In this document: positions 23,158 through 33,400 of the stretch, one piece after another
Layout: the number at the start of each line of letters is the position of its first letter
How positions within the stretch are numbered: position 1 is the first letter of the stretch
Notes under the pieces: generated by a model
Databases searched by the model: none
The model's input: only the letters and a program-made list of their open reading frames with translations
Told to the model about the DNA's origin: nothing
Position numbers and translations under genes: made by a program
From: Auanema rhodensis
Taxonomy: Eukaryota > Animalia > Nematoda
DNA length: 64,000 nt
NCBI GenBank assembly: GCA_964057225.1
Contig: OZ059896.1
Coordinates: forward strand, 558,001-622,000
Direction of reading: 5' to 3'

Positions 23158-26100
23158 ATGTATATCATGAAAAGTTTGCATAGTACGTACGGTAAGCCAA
23201 GCGGGACCCGGCGAGGCACAAACAGCGAGGGGTCCTCGGTCGTAGGAGGCCGGCCGGGGAGAGGCCAAAAGCCTTCAGATGAGCCGAACCCCAATAGTCA
23301 AAGCCGGGCTATTTGGCGCGACAAAACCTTGGAACGTCGTAGAAAGCTAGGTTGGGAGGTGGCGGGGATAGACCACCGGATAAGTAGAGGGGATGATCCA
23401 GGGGGTCACCAGGAACCTCATGGTCCTGCGCAAAACGGGCCACATATCGTGGTTCCACAAGGATTCGGTGAAAACCAGACTAGTACTCAGGTATACGGCA
23501 GGTTGTGGTCGTCTGATGAACTAGAACAACTGATGATGTTGTGTGAAAACAACACATCAGAAAATGGGCAAATACTATGGACGCAAGTTCTTAGCAATTT
23601 TCCCAACAAAAACCGTACAGTGGCCAGCATCAAGGCACAGTATGCAAAACAGAGGAAAGAAAGGTCGGAGGATGCCTGCCTGGAGCCTAGCTCCAACCAA
23701 AGACCTGACCCGCCTCACCCATCCTCATCCGAAGAAGGGTCAAGGGACGGGGGTGATACCCCAACTCCTGTGTTACTCACACAGTGCGAGGAAGACTCAA
23801 TATGTGAAAACTTCACGAGAATTCCGAACAACTCAGATGATGAACTCAGAAACAACCGTGGTCACGATTGGATAGAGGAAAACATCTGGAAAAGATTTCT
23901 GGACTTGTTCGAAGTCAATATCCGACACATGGATAGGAAGCCTCTCCCGAAGCCTTGGTGGAAGTTGAGCGACGACGACATAAGACTAGCAAATAAAGCG
24001 ATCTCAAAGATGACTGCAGACATCAGAGATCCGAAAACCCTCGTTAGAAGGTTAAATTCAGCACTATACACTATTGCCAGTGTACTTTGCGAGCAACACC
24101 GAAAGGTCACCAAAGAGAACTTCCTGGACAAGCTAGTTCTGAGGAGGAAAACTGTGTTGCAAGACATAAGTCTACTCAACAGAGAGCTTAAAAGGAGGAA
24201 CTCCGGGCAATATTACAGAAGGGCATGGTTTAAGAAACTCTCACCACTTCTTGAGAAGTATAGCGTGGATTCTACTGAAGACATCGAGCGAGTAATCAGA
24301 TCTCTCAAGGATAGGATGAAAACTCTACAGACCGAGATCAAAGTGGAGAAAGAATCTAAAGACCGCAAGAGAATCCGCTCTCTTGGACCCCAATGTGCTA
24401 TGAAAGAAGACGTCACCAACCCTGGTGGGATCTCTATTAGAGAGGTGAGAGACTTCTGGAAAGGAATAATAGGGAGGGATGAGGAATACCGAATCCCCCC
24501 CTCTTTTGACGATTACGCACCGAACCCAACAGGGACGGACACTGAGCACATAGGCGATGACGTGTGGCAAAAAGTCTTAAAGAAAACCGCTCCTTGGAAA
24601 GCAGCTGGGCCTGACGGTATCCAAGCAGGTTGGTGGAAGCTCGTCCACGAGGCAAACCAAGCCCTACTTAGGTACTATGAAGCAGCCTACAAGGAGCCGC
24701 ATATCATCCCTAGGTGGATGTGTAAGGGGCGAGTAGTCCTCCTATTCAAGGGAGGGGAAAGCACCGACCCCAACAATTACAGGCCGATAGCATGCTTGAA
24801 CACCTGTTACAAATTGTTGACCGGATCACTGACTAACATCATGAACCGTGATATAGGGGATAACCTCCCCAAAACTCAGTTGGCAATGCGAAAAGGTATA
24901 AGAGGATGCACTCACGCGCACACTCTAGACCAATGCATCGTCAAAGACGCACTTGCCCACGGCAAACCTTTAAGCATGCTCTGGGTTGACATGCGTAAAG
25001 CGTACGACTCCCTTAACCAAGGTGCAATCCGTTGGGCACTAGCCAAATGGAATATATCCCCCAAAGTGGTGGGTGTGATCAAGGCTCTGATGAGCATGAA
25101 CAGTCTTACCTACACCATGCGGTGTGGTAAGAGAATTGAAACGAGCGAACCTCTTAAGGTTAGCACCGGCATAATGCAAGGTGACACCCTATCACCTTTA
25201 TTGTTCTGTCTGACCATTGCACCACTAAGCAATTGGATGGACAACAATATAGAGGCGTATAAAACCCAAGGAATTGGACAGAAGGCCAAAGGCGCACTAC
25301 CTAAAGTAATTCAAATAGGACACCTGTTCTATATGGATGATCTTAAGGTGTACACTACCACTCCTAACAGAGTGTGCAAAGTCGCAGAAGAACTGGAAAG
25401 TTTATCCGCTGCGCTAGGACTTGCTATGAACGCGAAGAAATGTGCTGTAAAGTACATAAACTGCTCACCCAGTGAGCACGAGAAAATCAGAGAGATTCCA
25501 GAACTCGTAGGTGATCAAGTATACAAGTACTTGGGCATTGAGCAGACGGGTCTCATTGATTCAGCAGCCCTATGGGAAAGGGTGCGGCTAGAATGTCTCT
25601 CGAAAGTTGAACGACTCTTCAAGAGCAAACTGACCATCAGGCAAAAGGTAGATGGTTTTAACCAAACCATTGTACCCAAGGTAAGATTCTTAGGTAGTTG
25701 CGGCATTATGATGATGGGGAAACTCGCTAGTCATATGTCACAAGCCAAGAAACTTGATACTGAGACGGTCAAGAAATTATGGAAAAATCGGATCCGCGAA
25801 ACAAATAGTTGTACCGCGCGCATATACTGCCCTCGGAGTGACGGAGGCATGGGCTTGAAGAAACTAGAGCATGCTCTGGAAGACTCAATCATCCAAACGT
25901 GGTGTTACATCGCAATAAAGGATGAGCTCAAACTCAGTTTTGACATGGGTGAATCACTGAAGAATAGAGGCAAGAGAAGTATCAATGCTGATTTTGCCAA
26001 AGTTCTGGGGAAATATGGATTGGAAGCAATCCGTACGAACCAAAGTATTTCCTTTGCTGGAGCTGAATTCACCTGCCCTACGGCAGGTAGCAGGAAAATG

Positions 26101-26985
26101 ATTAACATCATTAACCGGAAAAGAGATACCGCGCACTTAGCTGAATGGTTAAAGCGTGGAGTAGCCTCTCGTATTAAAACTCAAGAAATTGAGAGTACAT
26201 CAGGTTCCACTGGCGTACATAAAGATTCATTTTTATGGATCAAAAAAGGCATGGTCGGCAATAGGGCCTTTCGAATGGCACTTGGTGCCCAAGAACAGAC
26301 TCTATACACCAAAGGCAGTATCAGGAACTTGGGGGCAACTGACACAGCCTGCAGACTATGCAGAAGATTCAAGGAGACTGAGGAACATATAGTGTCTGGA
26401 TGTTCTCACTGGAGGCCAACTCTAATGATCGAACGACACGATGAAATAGCCCGGTATATATATGAATTGATAATAGCCTTTTGCGGTTTTGACAAGCCGA
26501 AAAAGCGTTTTGATAGCCATTCTGCAGAGAATGAGAAATACTTACTGTATTACAACTCACCTATTCATGTCCTTGATCAGGTGACGCACAATAAACCGGA
26601 CATTGTGTTTATTGATAAAGAGAGCCGTAAGGCACTCATAATCGAAGTATCTGTACCGTGGTTCACCCGGATCACAACACAGGAACGTCGCAAAATCCTG
26701 AAATACACGGTGAATGGGAACCTCCCAGAGGACACACCCATAACTGAGTACTTTCAAGGTAACAACATTGCTACCAGCCTGTCACGAGACCGAAAGGTCT
26801 CGGTAGAATGTTTACCTGTCATTGTTGGCACGCAAGGGGAGTGCACGGCTAACTTACGTGGCATGCTGCGGAAGATACCGGGCATTTCAGACAACGTCGA
26901 ATCAGTTCTTGAACTGGTACAACGCAAAGCTGTCCTAGGGACGAGCAGAATACTACTCAATCACTTGGGAAACCGAGAGAATTGA
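23158..26985 (+). CDS. R4-clade ORF (1275 aa): N-terminal Myb/SANT-like motif, reverse transcriptase, CCHC knuckle, PD-(D/E)xK restriction-like endonuclease
   Basis: WKAAGPDGI, NYRPIACLNTCYKLLT, VDMRKAYDSL, GIMQGDTLSPLLF, YMDD, YKYLG. CRLC...ETEEHIVSGC, RHD, NKPDIVFID...IIEV...K..KY. An in-frame TAA lies at 23149, just before the ATG. Confidence 0.97.
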   Translation: MYIMKSLHSTYGKPSGTRRGTNSEGSSVVGGRPGRGQKPSDEPNPNSQSRAIWRDKTLERRRKLGWEVAGIDHRISRGDDPGGHQEPHGPAQNGPHIVVPQGFGENQTSTQVYGRLWSSDELEQLMMLCENNTSENGQILWTQVLSNFPNKNRTVASIKAQYAKQRKERSEDACLEPSSNQRPDPPHPSSSEEGSRDGGDTPTPVLLTQCEEDSICENFTRIPNNSDDELRNNRGHDWIEENIWKRFLDLFEVNIRHMDRKPLPKPWWKLSDDDIRLANKAISKMTADIRDPKTLVRRLNSALYTIASVLCEQHRKVTKENFLDKLVLRRKTVLQDISLLNRELKRRNSGQYYRRAWFKKLSPLLEKYSVDSTEDIERVIRSLKDRMKTLQTEIKVEKESKDRKRIRSLGPQCAMKEDVTNPGGISIREVRDFWKGIIGRDEEYRIPPSFDDYAPNPTGTDTEHIGDDVWQKVLKKTAPWKAAGPDGIQAGWWKLVHEANQALLRYYEAAYKEPHIIPRWMCKGRVVLLFKGGESTDPNNYRPIACLNTCYKLLTGSLTNIMNRDIGDNLPKTQLAMRKGIRGCTHAHTLDQCIVKDALAHGKPLSMLWVDMRKAYDSLNQGAIRWALAKWNISPKVVGVIKALMSMNSLTYTMRCGKRIETSEPLKVSTGIMQGDTLSPLLFCLTIAPLSNWMDNNIEAYKTQGIGQKAKGALPKVIQIGHLFYMDDLKVYTTTPNRVCKVAEELESLSAALGLAMNAKKCAVKYINCSPSEHEKIREIPELVGDQVYKYLGIEQTGLIDSAALWERVRLECLSKVERLFKSKLTIRQKVDGFNQTIVPKVRFLGSCGIMMMGKLASHMSQAKKLDTETVKKLWKNRIRETNSCTARIYCPRSDGGMGLKKLEHALEDSIIQTWCYIAIKDELKLSFDMGESLKNRGKRSINADFAKVLGKYGLEAIRTNQSISFAGAEFTCPTAGSRKMINIINRKRDTAHLAEWLKRGVASRIKTQEIESTSGSTGVHKDSFLWIKKGMVGNRAFRMALGAQEQTLYTKGSIRNLGATDTACRLCRRFKETEEHIVSGCSHWRPTLMIERHDEIARYIYELIIAFCGFDKPKKRFDSHSAENEKYLLYYNSPIHVLDQVTHNKPDIVFIDKESRKALIIEVSVPWFTRITTQERRKILKYTVNGNLPEDTPITEYFQGNNIATSLSRDRKVSVECLPVIVGTQGECTANLRGMLRKIPGISDNVESVLELVQRKAVLGTSRILLNHLGNREN

Positions 26986-27298
26986 GCACTACTATGCCAC
27001 TAGATGAACAATGAAGCCGAACGGTTCCAGACTAAGGCAGAGATCATCGAACATATCATCACCGATTAAACATGTGAAAAGTGATGGGCCTGGCAAACCT
27101 ACCCTCCGATGGCCTCCCTCCCTGGCGAGCGAGTGTTATCACATGGAGAGCAAGGGCTTTCGTAGAAAACCCCGTCATCCTCGCTAGAGGTAGTTGGTAC
27201 CCCAGTACACACTCGTTAATCAGGTTGCTGGTTTGTGAGTGTGGGTGTGATTATAGGGAAGAACATGGTTCTGATCCATACTATAAAAACCAAATTAA

Positions 27299-27331
<33 letters not shown>

Positions 27332-27342
27332 ACTGTCCCTAA

Positions 27343-27382
<40 letters not shown>

Positions 27383-27388
27383 CAAATA

Positions 27389-27426
<38 letters not shown>

Positions 27427-27796
27427 TTGACATTGTGAAGAATCATGAGAGGTGTAGAATAGGTGGGAGACTTCGGTCGCAAGTGAAATACCACCACTTT
27501 CATCGATTCTTTACTTATTCGATTGTAGGAGAATTGGACTCTGTCCTTTTTTCTTAGTTTTAAGTTTTATCACTTGGTGATTTTATGACTCTCGTCGATG
27601 ACATTGTCAGGCGGGGAGTTTGACTGGGGCGGTACATCTATCAAATTGTAACGTAGGTGTCCTAAGGTGCGCTCAGAGAGGACGGAAACCTCTCGTAGAG
27701 CAAAAGGGCAAAAGCTTGCTTGATCTTGACTTTCAGTACGAGTACAGACCGCGAAAGCGCGGCCTATCGATCCTTTTAAACCATATGGTTTATGGT

Positions 27797-27840
<44 letters not shown>

Positions 27841-27863
27841 AGCCAAGCGTCCATAGCGACGTT

Positions 27864-27901
<38 letters not shown>

Positions 27902-27943
27902 CGAAGCAGAATTCGCCAAGCGTTGGATTGTTCACCCACTAAT

Positions 27944-27998
<55 letters not shown>

Positions 27999-28404
27999 TA
28001 GACTTGATTGTTGCGATAGTAATCCACCTCAGTACGAGAGGAACAGGTGGTTCTAACATTTGGTTCATGGACTTGGTCGAAAGGCCAATGGTCCGAAGCT
28101 ACCATTAGTAGGATTATGACTGAACGCCTCTAAATCAGAATCCTACCTAATAATGGTTACGATAACGTTGCTTCTTGGTGTCGGAAGGCAACTATATCTC
28201 GTGTTCACACGAGAGCTTATGCCCTAGTATATAACATATCCGTGAAAGGGAATCTTTCATGGTTGTTAAAGCCAGAAAACTCTGGTCAACGTCAGGGCGC
28301 TAAATCTCTTGTATACGACTTGAGAACTGGTCAAGGTGTTGTATCCAGTAGAGCAGTCTTTATATACTGCGATCTGTTGAGACTATCCTTTGATTGGATG
28401 TTTT
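27299..28404 (+). rRNA. 28S (26S) rRNA gene, 3' part
   Basis: GAATGGATTAACGAGATTCCCACTGTCCC, GGGAAAGAAGACCCTGTTGAG, sarcin-ricin loop AGTACGAGAGGAAC, terminal CGATCTGTTGAGACTATCCTTTGATT. Confidence 0.97.
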
Positions 28405-28416
28405 GTTTTATACCTG

Positions 28417-28558
28417 AAAGTATACCTTATTCTTTTTTCAAATAACGTTTTATTGATTGTATATAGCGCTAGCAATATTGATACCTTATTAAAAAAAAAG
28501 GTATACTTTATTTGTAAGAAAAGGTATACTTTATTTGTAAGAAAAAGTATACTTTATT
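28417..28558. terminator. Candidate Pol I terminator/fork-barrier repeats: 23-bp tandem AAAAGGTATACTTTATTTGTAAG (~2.7 copies) plus an inverted AAAGTATACCTT
   Basis: The repeats are seen directly at 28496-28558 and the inverted core at 28417-28428. Function is inferred only from the position just 3' of 28S. Confidence 0.35.
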
Positions 28559-28656
28559 GGAATATTGGGACCATTTTTCAAAAAAAAGCGCATATAAATG
28601 GTCACCCGAGAAATTTTATTAAAAAAATCAAAAATTTTGATAAAAATGGCAAATTT

Positions 28657-28706
28657 TACTTGATTGATTCTGTCAGCGCTGTAGCTTTCCTCAAGGATTA
28701 AGCCAT
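28657..28706 (+). repeat. Sense copy of the 18S rRNA 5' terminus (variant B) in the IGS
   Basis: TACTTGATTGATTCTGTCAGCGCTGTAGCTTTCCTCAAGGATTAAGCCAT resembles rhabditid 18S nt 1-50. Confidence 0.85.
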
Positions 28707-28898
28707 ATCGGGAAATTTTTCAAAACATATTTCATATATAGTGTAAAATATGTAAAAAGAGTCAGAAAATAGAATAAGACTACTCTGAAAAATAGTTTTG
28801 AAAAAAAAAATTTGCATATTTTTTCAAAAATTTCCATAATTTTTGACTAGAAAAAATTTTTGGTGGGTTGGCGGTTAGGCTAAAAAAGTTCAACTTTC

Positions 28899-30136
28899 TA
28901 CATGCATGGCTTAATCTTTTACTTGAGCATACAGCGCTGACAGAATCAATCAAGTACGTGAAAAAAAAATTTTGTGGTCGGTGAGCGGTTGGCATGGCTT
29001 AATCCTTGACGAAAGCTACAGCGCTGACAGAATCAATCGAGTAAAAAAAAAAAATTTTGTTTCTCAATTCAAATGTTTAAACTCTTTAAAAAGGTGTAAA
29101 AAATGTTTTGAGAGTATCGTGAAAACAAGTTTGAAAAAAAATTTTTTTTGGACTTGGAAATTTTTTTTGGTCTCTGAGCCATTCGCATGGCTTAATCCTT
29201 GACGAAAGCTACAGCGCTGACAGAATCAATCGAGTAAAAAAAAAAAATTTTGTTTCTCAATTCAAATGTTTAAACTCTTTAAAAATGTGTAAAAAATGTT
29301 TTGAGAGTATCGTGAAAACAAGTTGGAAAAAAAATTTTTTTGAACTTGAAAATTTTTTTTGGACTTGGAAATTTTTTTGGGACTTGGAAATTTTTTTTTG
29401 GACTTGGAATTTTTTTTTGGATTTAGAAATTTTTTTTGGACTTGGAAATTTTTTTGGTCTCTGAGCTGTGAGCCTTTCGCAATTTCTCAAAAATGATGAA
29501 CTTTATACATGCATGGCTTAATCTTTTACTTGAGCATACAGCGCTGACAGAATCAATCAAGTAAAAAAAAAAAAATTTTGTTTCTCAATTCAGATGTTAA
29601 AACTCTTTAAAAATGTGTAAAAAAGGTTTTGAGAGTATCGTGAAAACAAGTTGGAAAAAAATTTTTTTGGACTTGGAAATTTTTTTTGGACTTGGAAAAT
29701 TTTTTTGGACTTGAAAAATTTTTTGGTCTCTGAGCATTGAGCCTTTACAGGTTGAGCAAAACTTTATACATGCATGGCTTAATCTTTTACTTGAGCATAC
29801 AGCGCTGACAGAATCAATCAAGTACGTGATTTTGTGGTCGGTGAGCGGTTGGCATGGCTTAATCCTTGACGAAAGCTACAGCGCTGACAGAATCAATCAA
29901 GTAAAAAAAAAAAATTTTGTTTCTCAATTCAGATGTTAAAACTCTTTAAAAATGTGTAAAAAATGTTTTGAGAGTATCGTGAAAACATGTTGGAAAAAAA
30001 ATTTTTTTTGGACTTTGAAATTTTTTTTGGTCTCTGAGCTGTGAGAATATCGCAGTTTCTCAAAAATGATGAACTTTATACATGCATGGCTTAATCTTTT
30101 ACTTGAGCATACAGCGCTGACAGAATCAATCAAGTA
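28899..30136 (-). repeat. Seven antisense copies of the 18S rRNA 5' terminus (~52-95 nt each) in the IGS
   Basis: The minus strand reads TACTYGATTGATTCTGTCAGCGCTGTA...GATTAAGCCATGC starting at 28956, 29043, 29236, 29563, 29824, 29903 and 30136. Confidence 0.92.
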
Positions 30137-30257
30137 AATGAGAGAGAAACGAAATTTTGATACCATATGTCTTCGGGGAAGTATTTCTGAATAAAAATTT
30201 TTTTTTCGCAATTTTGCAGGGAGAAAAATTTTTTAGTGAATTTTTACAAGGGATTTC

Positions 30258-30384
30258 TATGGATAACTGTGGTAATTCTGGAGCTAATACATGCTTAATA
30301 GTTGTTCTTCTTCCCAAGTTCAACGCAGTTATTAGTACAAACCAATTTTATGTTTGTTGACTCTGAATAACCCAGTTAATCGAC
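30258..30384 (+). pseudogene. 18S rRNA fragment (approximately nt 135-260), overlapping by 49 bp with the start of the 18S piece at 15644
   Basis: TATGGATAACTGTGGTAATTCTGGAGCTAATACATGC...TTATTAG...TTTGTTGACTCTGAATAA. 30336-30384 is identical to 15644-15692. Confidence 0.93.
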
Positions 30385-30391
30385 ATAAAAG

Positions 30392-30428
30392 ACATACCAA
30401 GTGCACATCACGTGTACATTTAATTAGC

Positions 30429-30459
<31 letters not shown>

Positions 30460-33400
30460 CAATTAAAGTTCACGTAAATTTCAAAGTCGTGGTTACCATG
30501 CACCAATATCAATAAAAATTCGTTTTTAGACTAATATGGACATGGGGAATCTAATTTTGAAAACCGCATCTCTTTATCTTTCACGTGAAGCGAGTTACAT
30601 ACCAAGTGCACATCACGTGTACATTTAATTAGCATAAATTAAAGTTCACGTAAATTTCAAAGTCATGGTTACCATGCACCAATATCAATAAAAATTTGTT
30701 TTTAGACTAATATGGACATGGGGAATCTAATTTTGAAAACCGCATCTCTTTATCTTTCACGTGAAGCGAGTTACATACCAAGTGCACATCACGTGTACAT
30801 TTAATTAGCATAAATTAATGTTCACGTAAATTTCAAAGTCATGGTTACCATGAACCAATATCAATTAAAATTTGTTTTTAGACTAATATGGACATGGGCA
30901 ATTTAATTTTGAAAACCGCATCTCTTTATCTTTCACGTGAAGCGAGTTACATACCAAGTGCACATCACGTGTACATTTAATTAGCATAAATTAAAGTTCA
31001 CGTAAATTTCAAAGTCACGGTTACCATGCACCAATATCAATAAAAATTTGTTTTTAGACTAATATGGACATGGGGAATCTAATTTTGAAAACCGTATCTC
31101 TTTATCTTTCACGTGAAGCGAGTTACATACCAAGTGCACATCACGTGTACATTTAATTAGCATAAATTAAAGTTCACGTAAATTTCAAAGTCATGGTTAC
31201 CATGAACCAATATCAATAAAAATTTGTTTTTAGACTAATATGGACATGGGCAATCTAATTTTGAAAACCGCATCTCTTTATCTTTCACGTGAAGCGAGTT
31301 ACATACCAAGTGCACATCACGTGTACATTTAATTAGCATAAATTAAAGTTCACGTAAATTTCAAAGTCATGGTTACCATGCACCAATATCAATAAAAATT
31401 TGTTTTTAGACTAATATGGACATGAGGAATCTAATTTTGAAAACCGCATCTCTTTATCTTTCACGTGAAGCGAGTTACATACCGAGTGCACATCACGCGT
31501 ACATTTAATTAGCATAAATTAAAGTTCACGTAAATTTCAAAGTCATGGTTACCATGCACCAATATCAATAAAAATTTGTTTTTAGACTAATATGAACATG
31601 GGGAATCTAATTTTGAAAACCGCATCTCTTCATCTTTCACGTGAAGCGAGTTACATACCAAGTGCACATCACGTGTACATTTAATTAGCATAAATTAAAG
31701 TTCACGTAAATTTCAAAGTCATGGTTACCATGAACCAATATCAATTAAAGTTTGTTTTTAGACTAATATGGACATGGGGAATCTAATTTTGAAAACCGCA
31801 TCTCTTTATCTTTCACGTGAAGCGAGTTACATACCAAGTGCACATCACGTGTACATTTAATTAGCATAAATTAAAGTTCACGTAAATTTCAAAGTCATGG
31901 TTACCATGTACCAATATCAATTAAAATTTGTTTTTAGACTAATATGGACATGGGCAATCTAATTTTGAAAACCGCATCTCTTTATCTTTCACGTGAAGCG
32001 AGTTACATACCAAGTGCACATCACGTGTACATTTAATTAGCATAAATTAAAGTTCACGTAAATTTCAAAGTCATGGTTACCATGCACCAATATCAATAAA
32101 AATTTGTTTTTAGACTAATATGGACATGGGGAATCTAATTTTGAAAACCGCATCTCTTTATCTTTCACGTGAAGCGAGTTACATACCAAGTGCACATCAC
32201 GTGTACATTTAATTAGCATAAATTAAAGTTCACGTAAATTTCAAAGTCATGGTTACCATGCACCAGTATCAATGAAAATTTGTTTTTAGACTAATATGGA
32301 CATGGGGAATCTAATTTTGAAAACCGCATCTCTTTATCTTTCACGTGAAGCGAGTTACATACCAAGTGCACATCACGTGTACATTTAATTAGCATAAATT
32401 AAAGTTCACGTAAATTTCAAAGTCATGGTTACCATGAACCAATATCAATTAAAATTTGTTTTTAGACTAATATGGACATGGGCAATCTAATTTTGAAAAC
32501 CGCATCTCTTTATCTTTCACGTGAAGCGAGTTACATACCAAGTGCACATCACGTGTACATTTAATTAGCATAAATTAAAGTTCACGTAAATTTCAAAGTC
32601 ATGGTTACCATGCACCAATATCAATAAAAATTTGTTTTTAGACTAATATGGACATGGGGAATCTAATTTTGAAAACCGCATCTCTTCATCTTTCACGTGA
32701 AGCGAGTTACATACCAAGTGCACATCACGTGTACATTTAATTAGCATAAATTAAAGTTCACGTAAATTTCAAAGTCATGGTTACCATGAACCAATATCAA
32801 TTAAAGTTTGTTTTTAGACTAATATGGACATGGGCAATCTAATTTTGAAAACCGCATCTCTTTATCTTTCACGTGAAGCGAGTTACATACCAAGTGCACA
32901 TCACGTGTACATTTAATTAGCATAAATTAAAGTTCACGTAAATTTCAAAGTCATGGTTACCATGCACCAATACCAATAAAAATTTGTTTTTAGACTAATA
33001 TGGACATGGGGAATCTAATTTTGAAAACCGCATCTCTTTATCTTTCACGTGAAGCGAGTTACATACCAAGTGCACATCACGTGTACATTTAATTAGCATA
33101 AATTAAAGTTCACGTAAATTTCAAAGTCATGGTTACCATGAACCAATATCAATTAAAATTTGTTTTTAGACTAATATGGACATGGGCAATCTAATTTTGA
33201 AAACCGCATCTCTTTATCTTTCACGTGAAGCGAGTTACATACCAAGTGCACATCACGTGTACATTTAATTAGCATAAATTAAAGTTCACGTAAATTTCAA
33301 AGTCATGGTTACCATGCACCAATATCAATAAAAATTTGTTTTTAGACTAATATGGACATGGGGAATCTAATTTTGAAAACCGCATCTCTTTATCTTTCAC

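Larger units (their letters stand above)
19890..27298 (+). mobile_element. R4-clade (R4/Dong) 28S rDNA site-specific non-LTR retrotransposon, 7409 bp, apparently full length
   Basis: Inserted 25-37 bp downstream of the R2 site (TTAAGG^TAGCC at 19852/3), between the R2 and R1 sites as described for nematode R4. It has a 12-bp TSD, a single RT + restriction-like-endonuclease ORF, and the same orientation as the rRNA. Confidence 0.93.
28405..30257 (+). other. rDNA intergenic spacer with AT-rich subrepeats (~20-bp GGACTTGGAAATTTTTTTT units, ~100-bp AATTTTGTTTCTCAATTC...GAGAGTATCGTGAAAAC blocks)
   Basis: Lies between the 28S end and the resumed 18S sequence; subrepeats are visible at 29050-30035. 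Confidence 0.88.

Noticed and set aside
30155-30200. Possible Pol I core promoter (GATACCATATGTCTTCGGGGAAG)
   Set aside because: The position is plausible, but Pol I promoters are species-specific and cannot be supported from sequence alone.
28390-30360. Short Lys/Phe-rich ORFs in the IGS
   Set aside because: They are products of poly-A/T subrepeats and 18S fragments; there is no protein signal.
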